64,000 nt of DNA from Eledone cirrhosa (taxonomy: Eukaryota). Made by a program: the position numbers and the translations under genes. The stretch is taken from assembly GCA_964016885.1 (NCBI GenBank), contig OZ024742.1, positions 281,356,001-281,420,000 of the forward strand. Direction: 5' to 3'. The first letter of the stretch is position 1. Every line of letters begins with the position of its first letter. Below are positions 13,335-27,779 of this stretch, piece after piece. The notes beneath the pieces are model-generated. The model saw only the letters and a program-made list of their open reading frames with translations. It ran no database searches and had not been told where the DNA came from.

Positions 13335-15880
13335 TTAATAATAAACTAAACAAAATCTTCAAAGCTGATGCAAAGAAATTTTACCGGGAAATGGGGAAAA
13401 AGGCAGTGGAGATTAAGGAGCCATCTAATCTGAATGAGGTTCAATAATTCTGGAAAAATATATGGAGCAATGAAAAACAATATATTAAGGAAGTTCAATG
13501 GATTAATAGAGGAATAGACAACATGAAATATATTAACTATCAGGAATGACAAGAAATAGAGCTGCGTGTGTTAAGGTTAGCACTTAGTAAAGCACATAAA
13601 GGGAAATCACTCGGGAAAGACTAAATTCCTAACTTTTGGTTAAATGCACTTACAGGGGTGTATCACTTGCTAGTGAAATTACGTCTACTATACAAAATTC
13701 GAATGTAACTCCGAACTCGTAGACAGAAGGCAGTACTTACTTTCTCCCTAAAACTATCGGCCAATAGCTTATCTCACTACGACTTACAAAATCCTGATAT
13801 CTATACTAAATGAGTAGATATACAAATACATTGATGAAAATGAAATCATTCCACAAGAGCAAAAAGGAAGAAAACGGAATGTGTATGAGTGCAAAAACTA
13901 ATTGATAATTAATAAGATGATTCTAGAAAATTGTCAGTCCAAAAAGAAAAATCTAAGCACCGCTTGTATTGTCTATACAAAAGCCTATATTAGTGTATTA
14001 TATGAATGGTTATTAAAAGCTCTAGAAATTTACAGAATCTCTCCCTTAATAGATAACTTTTTACAAGTCGACACAACAAAATGATGACATAAAAGTGTAT
14101 GTCAAAATAGACCAAGTGTTAGATGGACTTTTAACAAGTGTGAAGCCATTTAGCAATAACATTCTTGTCATTCCTGATAGTTAATATATTTCATGTTGTT
14201 TATTCCTCTATTAATCCATTGAACTTCCTTAATATATTGTTGACAAATGTACCAAAGAAAAGTTTAAAAGAGGAAAGCTATCAAAACCAACATCTGTTAA
14301 ACTCGAAATAAATACAACCATATAGGAGTTAGACCAGAAAGTACCTATAAATAACTTGGCGTAAACAGACGTGATGGAATTAAACACAATAAAATGAAGG
14401 AAAATATACGGAAAGAATATTATTATAAAAGAGTAAAGCTGATACTGAAAACTCAACTAAATTCTAAAAATCGTTTCCAGGCTATAATCACTTTAACTGT
14501 ACCGATGGTAGGATACAGTTACATCATCAATTGGAACCTATCTGCTCTTCAAAGAATTGACTCCCACACTCGAAAACTCCCCATAGACAACAAAATACAT
14601 CGCGCTAATGCAAACGTAGATCGCATATATTTGCCAGGACACGAACAGAAAAGGGTACTGACCCAACTGGAACTGTCATACAAAATTGCTACAAGCAGCT
14701 TACAAGTGGACATAGAAATATTCAATGAATAGATTATGGTGTTAGTAAGAGAACACTTACCCCGAAAAAAAAAAAAAACTCCATTCAGTACTCAGAGAGG
14801 CTGGAAAGTACAGGAAAGAAATAAAAACTGATGACACACGTAAATATTGAAGCTGACCTAATTCCAACTGATGTAGCAAAAAATTCACAGAAGCAAGTCA
14901 AAGCTAGAATCACTTGAAACATTTAGAGTCAACAAAAACCCTTACATGGCCAATTCTCATTTCGCACCCAAGATGCTGATGTAGATCAAGCACAAACCCA
15001 TCAGGGGATTTTACCATTCACACAGATCTCACTATTAATTCACACCTCCCTGGCAGTGTCGGTAGAGGGTTGGACGCCATGCTTTGCAGCATAGAGTTAC
15101 GCCCCTTTACGGTCTGAGTTTAAATTCCGCCGATGCAAATTTTGCCTTTCATCTTTACAAGGTCGATAAAACAAAGCACCAGTAATGCACTAGGATAATT
15201 TCTGTAAAAAATATAAAATATAAAAAGGTAGAAGTAGGAAAAGAAAAACAAAGAAATATTAAGGAGTATAAAATGTATGAATTAATTTTGTATTAATAAT
15301 ATTTGAATGGGATTAAATATTAATTAAATTTGCTCAGAAAATTAAACAGAAAAGATCGTGTTGACGTATACTATTAGAAACAATTATTATTAAAGATTTA
15401 AAAAACAAGACCTGTTACTCATTGACATGACTGTACTGTCTGAGAGAAATGTGTCAGCAAATGAGTATGAAAATCTTGCTAAATATAGAAATCTATAAAT
15501 TGAGATAAACAGAATGTGGCACCTTAAAATACAAACTATTCCGGTAGTAATAGGAGCTCTAGGTGTCATAAAGAAAGGTGTGCAAATGTTTCTTGAAAAT
15601 ATACCTGGTAAACCTAGCATCTATGAAATCCAAAATATAGTTCTATGAAAAACCGCCCACACACTTCCTAAATGTTTGTCTTCATAGTATACGTCAACAC
15701 GATATTTTCTGTTTAATTTTTAGAACAAATTTAATTAATATTTAATTCCATTCAAATATTATTAATACAAAATTAATTCATATATTTTATACTCCTTAAT
15801 ACTTCTTTGTTTTTCTTCTCCTACTTCTACCTTTTTATGTTTTCTCTTTCTTACTTTTTTTTTGTTTTATTTACCTATCA
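13335..15880 (+). mobile_element. R4/Dong-like non-LTR retrotransposon, degraded (RT and RLE)
   Basis: Fragments FKADAKKFYREMG, NYRPIAYLTTTYKIL, LIINKMILENCQSKKKNLS, KRVKLILKTQLNSKN, VDRIYLP, KPLHGQF and C-terminal LLIDMTV...KY..L..EINRMWHLKIQTIPVVIGALG; 5' junction lies in ACT/TAA repeats. Confidence 0.8.
15051..15390 (+). mobile_element. Family A SINE nested in the R4-like element, itself interrupted at ~15200-15373
   Basis: SINE head and body at 15051-15198; tail tagaaacaattatt resumes at ~15374. Confidence 0.75.
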
Positions 15881-16037
15881 AGATGTGACTTGTTAAGTGA
15901 GTGTGAGACGGAAACAATGAATGGGAATAAGCTATCAAAAACTGTCAAAACCAACGATGCCTGCCCTACGTATTTAGTTGATAGTCAGTAGTCATTGCAG
16001 AGGAAGCGAAATCAAAGGAATATATATGATAATAACA

Positions 16038-16248
16038 ATAATTGCTTCTGCTATAGGCACAAGGCCAGCAAGTTCTGTGAGAGAGGAAAGTCGATTAAAT
16101 CGGTGTCAGTTCATCAGTTGTACTTTATTTTATCGACCGCCATAAGGATGAAAAGCAAAGCTAACCTCGGCGGGATTTGAACTCAGAAAATAAAGGGCCG
16201 TAACTCTATGTTACTAAGCATGGTGTCCAAGGCTCTACCGATATTGCC
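16038..16248 (-). mobile_element. tRNA-derived SINE (family A)
   Basis: Reverse-complement match to family A. Confidence 0.8.
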
Positions 16249-16519
16249 GATCTTTATGGTGCAAAAGGGCCGACGATGAACAATACAAAAGACAAGATCA
16301 GCGTCAGTTTATAATGAAATCGAGTACAAAAAGTATATAACAAATACCAATCAACAATAAAATTATAATAATGAGCATTAACCAATAGAACGTGTACCAC
16401 CCAAGGGTAACTTAAGAACCCCACTAAAACTAAACCACCATACTCTCCAAAAGCAGCTTAGGAGAGTGCCCTCCTCCTCTCCAAACCAGCCAGCTATAGG
16501 CGCCTGGTGAAGAGGCGCT

Positions 16520-17620
16520 TTCACTTGGGCCATAATCCCGTTCTGCTACTAGTTGGAAAAGATAGCAGCGAGGATGCGAATGAACAAATCTGGCCAGTCT
16601 ACGTAAAATGTGTGGGGTAGACCATTCAAACTGGGTGATTTGCGTCTCGTACGACCGCTTAAGAATGTTCGTATTTCAAATTCTGTTACCGACTTTTCAC
16701 AGCACTCCGCATCTTCCATTCAGTATCGTTGAAAGCTCTCGAGGTAGGAACTATAATCTCCATGTACCCGCTTGGTCCAAACCATTGTGCAATGTATCGC
16801 TAGAAATCACACACATCTGCTTGGGATTGGCGAGCATGCATCCTTTTTGGTCCACCGAGGTTCGTTGTTGCCGCGTTGCGCCTCTGCCATTCGGAACCAT
16901 AGATCAGCTTTCGTTACTTCATGTTTCGCTGTACGTGCCGTACTTCTGAGAATGCAACCTTCATGTTTCGTATTGCAAATAGGCAGAATGCATTCTAGCA
17001 TGTTGATTAAATGCCGCTGCTAATGGCCTCTTCTAAATCAGCTACTAAACCTCCTCTACTCTATATATTTTCCTATTGCTATTTCTTTATTAAAAGCTGT
17101 TGTTTCAAATCTACTTACTTTCTTGAGAGAGCATAGCCATTTTTAACAATTGCCAGAGTCATGTGTCTCAACTAATGTGCCAATACGATCTTTGTAGTTC
17201 GTATGTACCTGGAACGACAAGTTAAGCTTCAGGTAACTGGGAATCTCTCTTCGTTTCTGTCTCCCGATAACAGTATAGAGTGGGACGTTCCAAGAAAGGC
17301 TTCTAAGAACGGCGCTGAAAATCCAGTATACTCCCCTCCGGGCATAGACTGGGTTGGTTGGTCTGAAAGAGTGAGTAGAGAAGAAATGTGAATATTTACT
17401 CTCCTAGTCCACTTTGAGGTTGGTTGGATTGCTGTCTATAATCTGTTTGGGGTTCCTTTGAGTACTCCTTTAAAACCTGGTGGGGCTTTTACGTCTCAAG
17501 TCCCAATGTCATATGGAAAGCTCTTCTTCAGAGGTTTATAAGTCTCCACAGATAGAGTTTTTGGAACCTTGATGGTGTAGGTTCGAAAACTCTCCCTCAT
17601 ACCCGTAAAATAGCAACCCT
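16520..17620 (-). mobile_element. Degraded L1/Tx1-clade LINE fragment (EN-RT linker and RT start)
   Basis: Minus-strand CCEKSVTEFEIRTFLSGRTRRKSPSLNGLPHTFYVDWPDLF aligns by eye with FCERPISAAEIDDALSQCGKRESPSQDGLPNEFYVAMPDLF of ORF 58586..59767. Confidence 0.7.
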
Positions 17621-18413
17621 CTCCATATCACACGCTTATATTTCCTAAACACATGTTCCATAGCAAATGTATTCCATACAAAACGTATTACCTAAAATGT
17701 TGTCATACGAAGTCGTTTCAATAATTTGAACTCATACAACGAAAATGTGTATAACATCAAATTACCATGGAAATCTAGCTTTCGTATTAATTATTATTGC
17801 ACATATATTCCGCCATGTACTAACCAGGTGATCCTACATCACGATTGGAAAGATACATCCGTTGTTGAGTGATGATTGATACTGTAGTCACCATTAATTT
17901 TTTTTTCTAATTAGAGTGGTGGAAAAGCAACACCAACTATCAATTAATTAAACATTTAATAGCACGACTATGTGTATATATATATAGAGAAAGAGGGAGA
18001 AGCAGTGAGAGGAGGGAAAAAACGAAAGGAGCACATGAAAGAAGGTAGAGGGATAGAGCAATGGCACGAGATAGTAAGATTGAAAGTAAAAACTATCATT
18101 CATATCTACCGGTGTCATGGTTATAAAGTTCAGAAAGCAAAGTTGCCAAAAAAACAGGCCTCTGTACCACTACCACCACCAGTTATTATATAAACTCCCT
18201 ATCTACTGCACCAGTATGCAACACACCAATGAGATTGCACACACTGCTATTCATTGATTTAATGCTATTGAAAAGATTTCCGCTGTAATGTTGGTGTATT
18301 TGCAATTTGGCATATCCTATTGGGTGTCCATCGCCATATAGGAACACTCACAATCAATTGCATATAATACTAGATATATATACAAATATTAAAAGTGCAT
18401 AAGCACACATCTG

Positions 18414-18511
<98 letters not shown>

Positions 18512-18532
18512 ATATATATATATGTATTTGTG

Positions 18533-18573
<41 letters not shown>

Positions 18574-18923
18574 CTGTGTGTCTGTGTCTATGTGTATGTA
18601 TGCATGTGTGTCTATGTGTATGTATACATGCGTATCTTTGTGTGTGCGGATATTTATGTACTTATATATGTATGTATGTTCTTTGGTTTAATAATTTTAT
18701 AATTTTTAACCAATAGAGGAAGAATCGGTTTGTAACATAGTTACAAGACTCTCTCATTGGAATTTAGACAACATCAACTAGGAAGAAATGTCTGTATGTC
18801 TGCATGCGTCCGTTACTATTCCATTAATGGATTGTACTTGCAATTTACTAACTAGTTGTGTTTTTTCTAGTTCTCTATATGTTATGTATGTATGTATGTA
18901 TGTATGTATATGTATATGTGTAT

Positions 18924-19520
18924 GTCGGGTCACTCTTGAGTGCTACTGATAACATGTAACCCAGTACAACCTGTCGCATGGTCGAGTCGTCGGCGACTAA
19001 ACCGGAAACCCCTCCAAGTTTACTTGGTGAGGAGGGTGATTTTGGACACCCTTCAGGACAAATAACAAAATATGACAAAGGGCGGAAGAACTCATAAGGG
19101 TCAGCGGCCATCCGAAAGGGTGTAAATATGTATATACACATGTACATGGGTGCATGTGTATGTATATGCGCGGGGACATAGAAATAGTCGGGCTGGACAC
19201 CCTACCGCGCAGTTAAACCACTGGGGGGTGAAGGTTCCCTAGCCTTTTTCAGGGCATTTTTCTAGGACAAGGCAACTCATGAAACTGGGATAACTCCGAT
19301 ATAAAACCTGCGGCTCAGTAGTTACCGATGATGTTGATCTTTTCTTCTTTTCGGGTTATAGCTACTGTCTCTCAGAGAGTGGGATTGGCTCAGTGTACAG
19401 TCTTTCCTCATTCTAAAAATTATCTTCACGCACAGGCATTGCCCGATAGAATGAATTAATAATTATTAATAATGGTATATTGTGCAATGGCCATACTCGA
19501 TAAGGAGGGGTCAGCCATCA
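18924..19520 (+). mobile_element. Non-autonomous RTE-related element (putative 5' module plus RTE 3' tail)
   Basis: 5' part is similar to 56557-56750; ends in gtgcaatggccatactcga..gagggg..agccatcat, also found at 20729-20770. Confidence 0.65.
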
Positions 19521-19549
19521 TGTATGTATGTTTGCACGTATGTACGTAT

Positions 19550-20772
19550 GTACAACAAAAGTATTTACATCAATCATAAGAGATCTCTTGTATGCATATG
19601 ATTGCGATCTTGAAGCGCACACAGAGAGTGATATGCAGCACATTTTGAATGCATTTTCAGATGCTTGCACTGCCCTAGGATTGACTGTCATTCTCAAGAA
19701 AACCATCTTCATGTACCAACCTGTCCCTGGTAAGCAGTAAAGTGAGCCAAATATCTATGTGCATAGTAAACGACTTGGATTGGATGATCAGTTTGTCTAC
19801 CTGGGAAGCACTGTCAATCGATACAGCAACCTTGATAATGAAATTCCACTCAAGATTAGGAAAGCAAGTGATGCTTTCGGAAACTTGAAAGGTTACTCTG
19901 GGGTCGGCGAGACATATGCAAGAAGACAAAGGTAAAGGTGTACAAGGCATGTGTGCTCTCTTCTCTCCTTTATGCCTGCGAGACCTGGATAATATATCGA
20001 CATCACCTTAAACAATTGGAGCGTTTCCATCAGATGTGTCTCAGACGGATCCATGGCGTTCACTGGAGGGACCACATCAGTGATGTCGAGATTTTGGAAA
20101 GCTCTCTGTGTGACAGTATAGAAGCTCTTGTGCTTAAGCAAAGACTCCGTTGGAGAGGTCACTTTGCCAGGATGAACGATTCTAGAATACGAAATAGAAA
20201 ATGTTGCTGCTGATCGTAATAAATGGAGAAACAATGGATATGAGGGGAAAGTTGCCTTTGAGGCATCTCGAATCGCATACGAGAAAGTAAAGCGGGATGT
20301 GAGGAAGGGCATTACTGTTGCATTTCCAGACAGCGAAGGTCCTTCTATGGCGCTGACATGCAGCGTCTGTGCGAGACTCTGCCTAGGCAAAGCTGGACTT
20401 GAAAGTCATCTTCGCAGTCATAAAGTGTGACCAGTGGTTGACTACGAGGCTGCTGTTGGTGAGGCTACTCATCATGCCTGCCAAGCATGTGGTAGAGAAT
20501 GTAAATCAGCAGGAGGGCTCAAACGACATGCAAAATTACATGAACTCCAACCACAGCCGGCTTTTCCCAGTCAATGTTTTGATTGACAACTGTGTGCAAG
20601 ACATTTTAGATCATTGGCTAGACTAAAAAGCCACACTCGATCGCAGCACTGTTAATTGTTATCATGTGTGTGTGTGTGTGCTTGTTATTATTATTGTCGT
20701 TATTAGGTTGTTGTTTTCTTTTTTTTTCGTGCAATGGCCATACTCGATACCGAGGGGGAAGCCATCATCATG
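19550..20772 (+). mobile_element. 5'-truncated RTE-clade LINE (RT C-terminus and C2H2-like fingers)
   Basis: IRDLLYAYDC..AHTE.DMQ..GLTV.LKKT; FVYLGS; YKACVLSSLLYACETW..LERFHQMCLRRI; RLRW.GH.ARM; CSVCARLC...LESHLRSH. Confidence 0.88.
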
Positions 20773-21342
20773 CACGTATGAATCACGGCGGCGTGTTTTG
20801 CTATTTCTAAATTCCTACTATATATTGCACTCTCGGCAGAGCAGAAAAAGCTAAAAAAAGAAACCAGTTAAACTAGTTTCGTCTTTCTGTTTCGATATCA
20901 CTACGCGGTTTCTTGAGAAAGTACGTCTTCACACCATGGCTAGAGCCGAACTAATTTAAAATGGCTTAACAAATACACCGATATGCTATTAGATGTATTG
21001 TATCTTTTTTGCCTAGGAGATTTTATTCTTCAGACGATTTAACACAGGCAAAGGTGCGTGGCCTAGCGATTAAGTTGTTAAACTCTCAATCATAAAGTCA
21101 TGTGCTTGAGTCCTGGATTGTGTGGTGGATTTTGCTCTTGAGAATGACGCTTAATTTGACATTTCTAATTAAATCATTCAAATTAACTTCTATGAAATGC
21201 AACTGTATAAAGGAGATGTGTAACACAAACAGAAACGATATTTGGAAAATTAGGGTAAATTTCTCCTGGATAAAAATATGTGGACAGAAAAAAATGATTT
21301 TCTCAGCTATTATTTATAGTGATTGGTTATTATTATCCGAGT

Positions 21343-21570
21343 AGCGTGGCCTAGTAGTAAAGGTGTTGGAGTGACGATCATAAAGATGTCGGTTCGATTC
21401 CTGGGCTAGGCTGCGTGTTACAAGTATACTCAGCTAAAAATAGGTGGTGGTTTAACCCTTCGATGGACTGGTGTCCCGTCCAGTGCATTGTCTTGTACTT
21501 TCAGTTACTCCACGTCTTGAAATCGGGATAAGCACCGGCTTAACGAGCCTTAAGTAGCTTAAGACAGATA
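21343..21570 (+). mobile_element. tRNA-derived SINE (family B)
   Basis: gcgtggcctagtagt A-box and ggttcgattcc B-box; related heads at ~21056 and ~53667. Confidence 0.65.
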
Positions 21571-21993
21571 TTTTAGACTTTAGATTATCATTATGATCAT
21601 TTTTGTTGGGGAACTACACATTTCAATTTTCAATGTTTATATATATGTGTGGGGAGGGGTGTATGCATGTGTGAGTGAGGGGCCTGGGACCCCCATCATC
21701 GAAATATACAAGAAAGCTCCATTATTACATGTCAACCTCGAAGGCGGCTAGTGAAGCTGGCATAGGTGTAACCTTTAAACATCAGCCTTTTGCTGTTTGT
21801 TTTTTTGTTTTGTTTATCTTTTCTTTTATTTAAAGGCTTATTTTTTATCGAAGCAGAATCCACTTGACCGTAAGCATTTGGCACTTCTCTGTGGTTTGAA
21901 AATTATAGCTTCTCTTTCGTCCCACCCTTATTCTAGTTCCTGCGAAAAGGTCAATGGTTCTATCACTCCTCTGCAGTAGAAACCAGAACATAA

Positions 21994-22032
<39 letters not shown>

Positions 22033-22539
22033 ATACAAAATCCTTATCGATTAATTCACTGCAGACCCATGGGGGAAGACGACGTAATAGATTTACGATC
22101 GATAGCAGAAACTGGACGGAAATCATATCGTAGAAGTTTCAAGAACGTAGCTTGAACAAGACACTCAATGAAATACATGTGTTTCTTCCTTTATCTGTTA
22201 TCGTTAACAACATCAATCAACTGCAACTCTAACTCAAGCAAGTACGCATTTGCCGATGCTCTGATATAAATATACTGTTGTACCTGTGTATGTTTGTGGG
22301 AGTGTGTGCATGTTTATGTAAACGTGTGTGTGTGACTTTTGCCTGTGAATGTGTATATATGTATGCGTATGTGTTTAGGTGTGTCAGTATTTGTGTGTCG
22401 GTGTGTATGTTTATGCATTTGACTGTGACTGTGCTTGTATGGGAATATGTGTTTGTCCGTGATTGTGTATGCGTGTTTCTATATGTGTATTTATCTGTGC
22501 CTATGTTTTCGCACGTGTGTATGTATGTGTATGCATGTG

Positions 22540-22544
<5 letters not shown>

Positions 22545-22620
<76 letters not shown>
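22545..22620. repeat. (GT)n microsatellite
   Basis: Direct observation. Confidence 0.95.
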
Positions 22621-22622
<2 letters not shown>

Positions 22623-22739
22623 CCGAATTAATTGAACATTTTTCCATTTTATTATCAACTATGGCTGACAAACTTTATCTTTGTGGATCTCTCGGCCTTG
22701 TTTCGGCACTAACATCGACGGAGAAGTCATAATAATCTT

Positions 22740-22784
22740 CACAATCATCATCATCATCGTCGACATCATCATCACCATCATCGA

Positions 22785-22841
<57 letters not shown>

Positions 22842-22848
22842 TATCAGG

Positions 22849-22880
<32 letters not shown>

Positions 22881-23300
22881 CATCAGCATCATTATCATGA
22901 TCATCATCATCATCAGCATCATCAGGATAATGATCATGATCATCATTGTCATCATCATCATCATCCTCATCGTCACTATTACACTCATATCTACCATCAT
23001 CATCATCATCATTATCATCATCACCGCCACCAGCTCTATCCCCACTTCCACCACCAGCTCCAACTCCTCCCCACCTCATCATCTACCACTACTTCATCAT
23101 CATCATCATTGTCTTCTCTATTGCCACGACACGACCATTACATGCACCACTACTACCACTACCTACACATCCATCCATAACCATCATAATTAGCATTATC
23201 CTCACTACCATAATAACCACCACTATCATTACTAACACTAACATCTCCATCATCCACAATATCATCATCATCATTACCATCATCATCATCATTATCACGA
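22740..23300. repeat. Degenerate (ATC)n/(ACC)n low-complexity tract
   Basis: Direct observation; source of the poly-D/M/I ORFs. Confidence 0.9.
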
Positions 23301-24462
23301 ACTTTAATGCAACTTGTACTGAAATTATCGGACCCTTTATTGTTCCTTCACAACAACAATACTAAAGGAAGTAACAACAACTTTCTCATTCCACATAAAA
23401 TCAATCACGAAACATTTGATGTATCAGAGCAATGTGTGGCATACCTTGTAATCTTGTTAGTAATCAATAGGGAATTATTTGGCCTGCAGACCGAAATAAA
23501 CCCCACTAAAACCATGACCACCATCACCACCACCCGGTTTCTATCTTCCTTCACTGCATGATGCAGAAGTTATGAGGTCGTTTCCAAGACAATGACACTT
23601 AACTCACAATATTCTCCCTTCCGAAGTGCTAAGCCCCTCATATGAGCGATAACTTGCAGCGATTACTTTTCCATCAGCAACATAGTTAACTTAATCTCTG
23701 AAACAGGCTCCATTGCCGGATTGGCTGAAGATCAAAATCTATCAAAATAACGACCCCTTTCCGATAGATTTATCGTCAAACTCGTAATGGGAAGGACATC
23801 TGGTGTTAAGGGTTTCCAAACCACGAAACATCCTCCGACTCATTGTGATAGGGTCGGATGTCGTGATACACAAAAACGAGTCTCTTGAGTTGTGTTGCTT
23901 CTTTCAGCACATCTCCCTCGCTATGGTTTGTAATAACGCATTCGGAATTCCATCTGTTAGCGCCATGATATAACAATCCTTCCCTCCGCTAAATTGTAAA
24001 GGGCATGAGATTGTTGTGTGATCATTTAATACATTTAATACATTTATTTCGTTTTGTTTTTTACATTTATGTGTTATGTTCAGTTGAAAAATTATATGCA
24101 GCTGATAAGCTTTGTAACCCCGTCTTGAAAAAACTTGCTCATCATTCTAATACTCCTAGTGGGAAATAAGTAAAGCTGCAGTGCAGGGAGTAGCCTCGGT
24201 TGACATCATGTATGTTTTATTAACCAGTTTATTTTATTAACCAGTTGAAAAATAGTTGAGAGGACAACATCCCGGAATGGACAGGCATGAAGCTGAGTGC
24301 AACCATGAGGAGGGTGGTGAGGAGAGAGGAATAGAAGAAGATGGTTGCCAAGTCATCCATGATACCCCAAATGTCCACCAGACTAGGGGGTAGATGAGAT
24401 GAGATGAACCAAATTAGATAATTTTTACATGAGAAAATCGAATCATTATTCTTTGTAGTGGA

Positions 24463-24642
24463 TTGGCAGTATCGGTAGAGGGTCGGATGCCATGCTTTCC
24501 AGCATAGTTACGTCTCTTTACGATCTGAGTTCAAATCCCGCCGAGGTTGACTTTGCCTTTCATCCTTACGGGGTCGATAAAATAAAGTACCAGTAATGCA
24601 CTGGGTAATTGCTGGCCTTGTGCCTAAAGTAGAAACAATTAT
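24463..24642 (+). mobile_element. tRNA-derived SINE (family A)
   Basis: tggcagtatcggtagag...gagttcaaatcccgccgaggttgactttgcctttcatcc...gtcgataaaataaagtaccagt. Confidence 0.88.
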
Positions 24643-24879
24643 TCTTTGTATGTGATTTTGAAAAGTGTTTAGATTAATGGAAACGTGCAATAATTACACA
24701 TTATAATCCTAAATTGTGCCAGTGCAGTAGATTTTTATAAGTTCAACTCATATCTACAAATGCAGTTTATTTCCATAACCAGTGCACAACACTTTGAAGA
24801 TCGCATCTGACTTCGAAATGCAACTGACTTCTACAAGTGCGATTGATATCAATAAAACATGTGTGTCCTTCACAACGAG

Positions 24880-25055
24880 TAGAGTTGTATCCACAATATG
24901 TGTATTTAAACACGTGTAACTGAATTCCACAAAAGCACTTGACTTCCACATCGTGTGTAGGTGACTTCCACAACATGTGCAACTCATATCCACTATATGT
25001 GCAACTGATTTCCACTATATGTGCAACTGACTTCCACAGTATGTGTAGCTGACGT
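24880..25055. repeat. ~22 bp degenerate minisatellite (tgacttccacaatatgtgcaac)
   Basis: At least 5 imperfect tandem units visible. Confidence 0.75.
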
Positions 25056-26568
25056 TTGAATTTATCTCAGTTCACGACTACCAACACTAGAAGAAAGGAA
25101 TTGGCTAGTTGTATTGCTCAACAAGAATATTCCTCATTCGTCAACAAAGATAGCACCATCTATTCTGCTCTTAAATCGTCCTTATCTGAAAAACAGCAGT
25201 ATTATGAAATTCCTATAAGAGACTATAATGTTCTAAGCTGATAGTAATCAGAAACAGAAAAAGAAAAAAAGATGTAACATGGAATACCATGTTGTTCGAA
25301 AGAACATGTACTTTAAAACTGGCCATCAGAAAAGTACAATTAACTAAGAAATCTATCAAACGTCATGTTCAGCGTAGGCAATCATGTTACATCATCTCGC
25401 ACGGTCTCTAAGTATGTGTATTGCTTTCTCTGTCAATAGCCACGACATTAACCCATCCATTATGTTGCCCCTTGTTTTTCTATATGTCTCTTAGTGGTAG
25501 TCGAGAGTCAAGTGTGGCATTTGACCCCTCCTCCGACTGCGGTCTCTTCACTGAAGGCCCATTCACGCCATTAGTTTGATTCTGTAATTGCTTTTGATAG
25601 ATAATTTCAGAGGTTTAGGCTGCCTTCAGTTCACTCCGCTAGCCGATGTTCTAAATAATTCCTCTCGGCAGCGGAATTACTTTCTCCAAGGTTTTAGTTT
25701 GACTCGCATTCTCATTGACGTTGAGAGAGAGAGGTTGAGAGAGCGAGAGAGGGAAAGAGTGAGGGAGATCAATAGCTTGGTAGACAGCAGGTAGATATTA
25801 GTCTCTGCCTACCAAATTCAAATAACAAGGCATTAGTCAACCTGGAACTATGAGGTTGCGAAGTGAACTATTTAACACCTCAGTTGTGAAAAGGTGAGAA
25901 TAGGTGGAAATGACTTATATTTCATTGTGTATTTATGTTTTGTTGGAAGAATTTCAAGTTGACATTTTTCAAACATAAAACTCATGCTGCAAGATATTCT
26001 TAAGCCACATTCGCGAGTGAAAATATGTCAAGATATACGACCCCGCTTCACTTGTCACATCGACGATCGTTCTTACATGGAAATAATAAATAACAATAAT
26101 AATAACAACAAAAAACTTAACAAATAGCCAGAGATATATATTATGAACATTGACAGGCTGTAAGAGAAGACCTAAAAACAAAGTCTGACACTGCTACCGC
26201 CGCCAACATCAACGACAGTAAAAACAAAGGCGCTATGAAACAAAGAAAATATTCCGGAAAAAAATTATATAAACGTAAAATAAATAAAAATACAGTTTGA
26301 ATTATTAACCATGAAGAGACAATTAAAACAAAAGAATCCAACGAAGCAAATTGAATAGGCTATTGGTTTTGTACATAAATTTAAACAGTGTAAAGATAAG
26401 CAAATAAACGTTGTACATCATTTTTCTGACGTTATTCTATTTGGGTGGTGTTTGAAAAATGTGTAGTAAAAGGCTAGAAATGTTGTTGCTTGTCGTAAGT
26501 CATGATTTTCATTCTCTCCATTTTCTGTGTCTATTTTTCTTTCTGTCTTTCGTTTATATAACTGTGCG

Positions 26569-26601
<33 letters not shown>

Positions 26602-27578
26602 ATGTGTGTGTGTGTATAGTGTGTATACGTGCGTATGTGTGTGTGTGTGTTTGCTTACGTGTATCTAACACGATATTACTTACAAATATATATAAGAAAT
26701 TATTTTAAAACCATACAATTTAGTTACATTTCTGTGTTTGTATTTTTTTCTTTTTATCGAAATGTTAACATAAATGTCTGGCTGTTTAAATGTTCAAGTA
26801 TTTTCTTCGGTAATAAACATTTACAATTGCAGAAGTTTGATTCTGTTGTTATTGTTGTTGATATTAGTCATTGTTATTGTTGTTTTTAGATAATAATTTT
26901 TATTAATAATACTAAAGTAAAGTACTATTGATAACGACTGTTACTTTTTAAATATGAAACAAAAAAATGAAATATAATAAAATATCTTTTATATATTAAA
27001 TATAGCTATAAATGATGAATGACATTTGTGGTTGTCTGAATTTCTACAGTTTTTAGGAACATTTAACATTTAAATTAAGCGTAACATTATGGCCAATCCT
27101 CTCTTTATGTTTTCATATTGGTGATATCAAACAATGATAAGGTTAATGGTGGATGATAGTTTGGCAGAAACAATATGGCGACATTTCAAATGATTTACAG
27201 AGTTTAGATTCGTGTTGTCTAGACATTAAGTTCGAATCGCGTTGATTTAAGTATATCCTTTCATGATTCAAATGATGTGGAAAGAGGAGCGATAACATAG
27301 GTTTTAACTTGCATAAATTATAATTAGCAAAATTATTTTTAGAAGTATCAAACGAGCGCTACGGCAGCATCCTATCAGCAATTAATGCCTTTACTTTAAT
27401 ACTGCAAATGTTTCCAACAATCCAGTTCCGATATTATAAATATTTGAAATAGCAAGCTCTTAAGATTCTAAACAATCGCCTACGCAGTACCTTGCGTATA
27501 GTTTTCATATTTATAAAATAAATATAAGAAACACATAACACACATATAAACATATACACATACACACGCACATACACA

Positions 27579-27649
<71 letters not shown>

Positions 27650-27666
27650 GCGCGCGCGCATAGAAA

Positions 27667-27704
<38 letters not shown>

Positions 27705-27779
27705 TATATAATGTAAGTGATTCAGTGAATTACGTGTAATGGTACAAAAGCCAGCATTCTATGCACAGGCAGAGTGTAA

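Noticed and set aside
22659-23365. Poly-Asp/Met/Ile/His ORFs
   Set aside because: Degenerate (ATC)n tract that is open in most frames
24880-25055. Short regularly spaced repeats resembling a CRISPR array
   Set aside because: Head-to-tail minisatellite with no unique spacers, no cas genes and eukaryotic context
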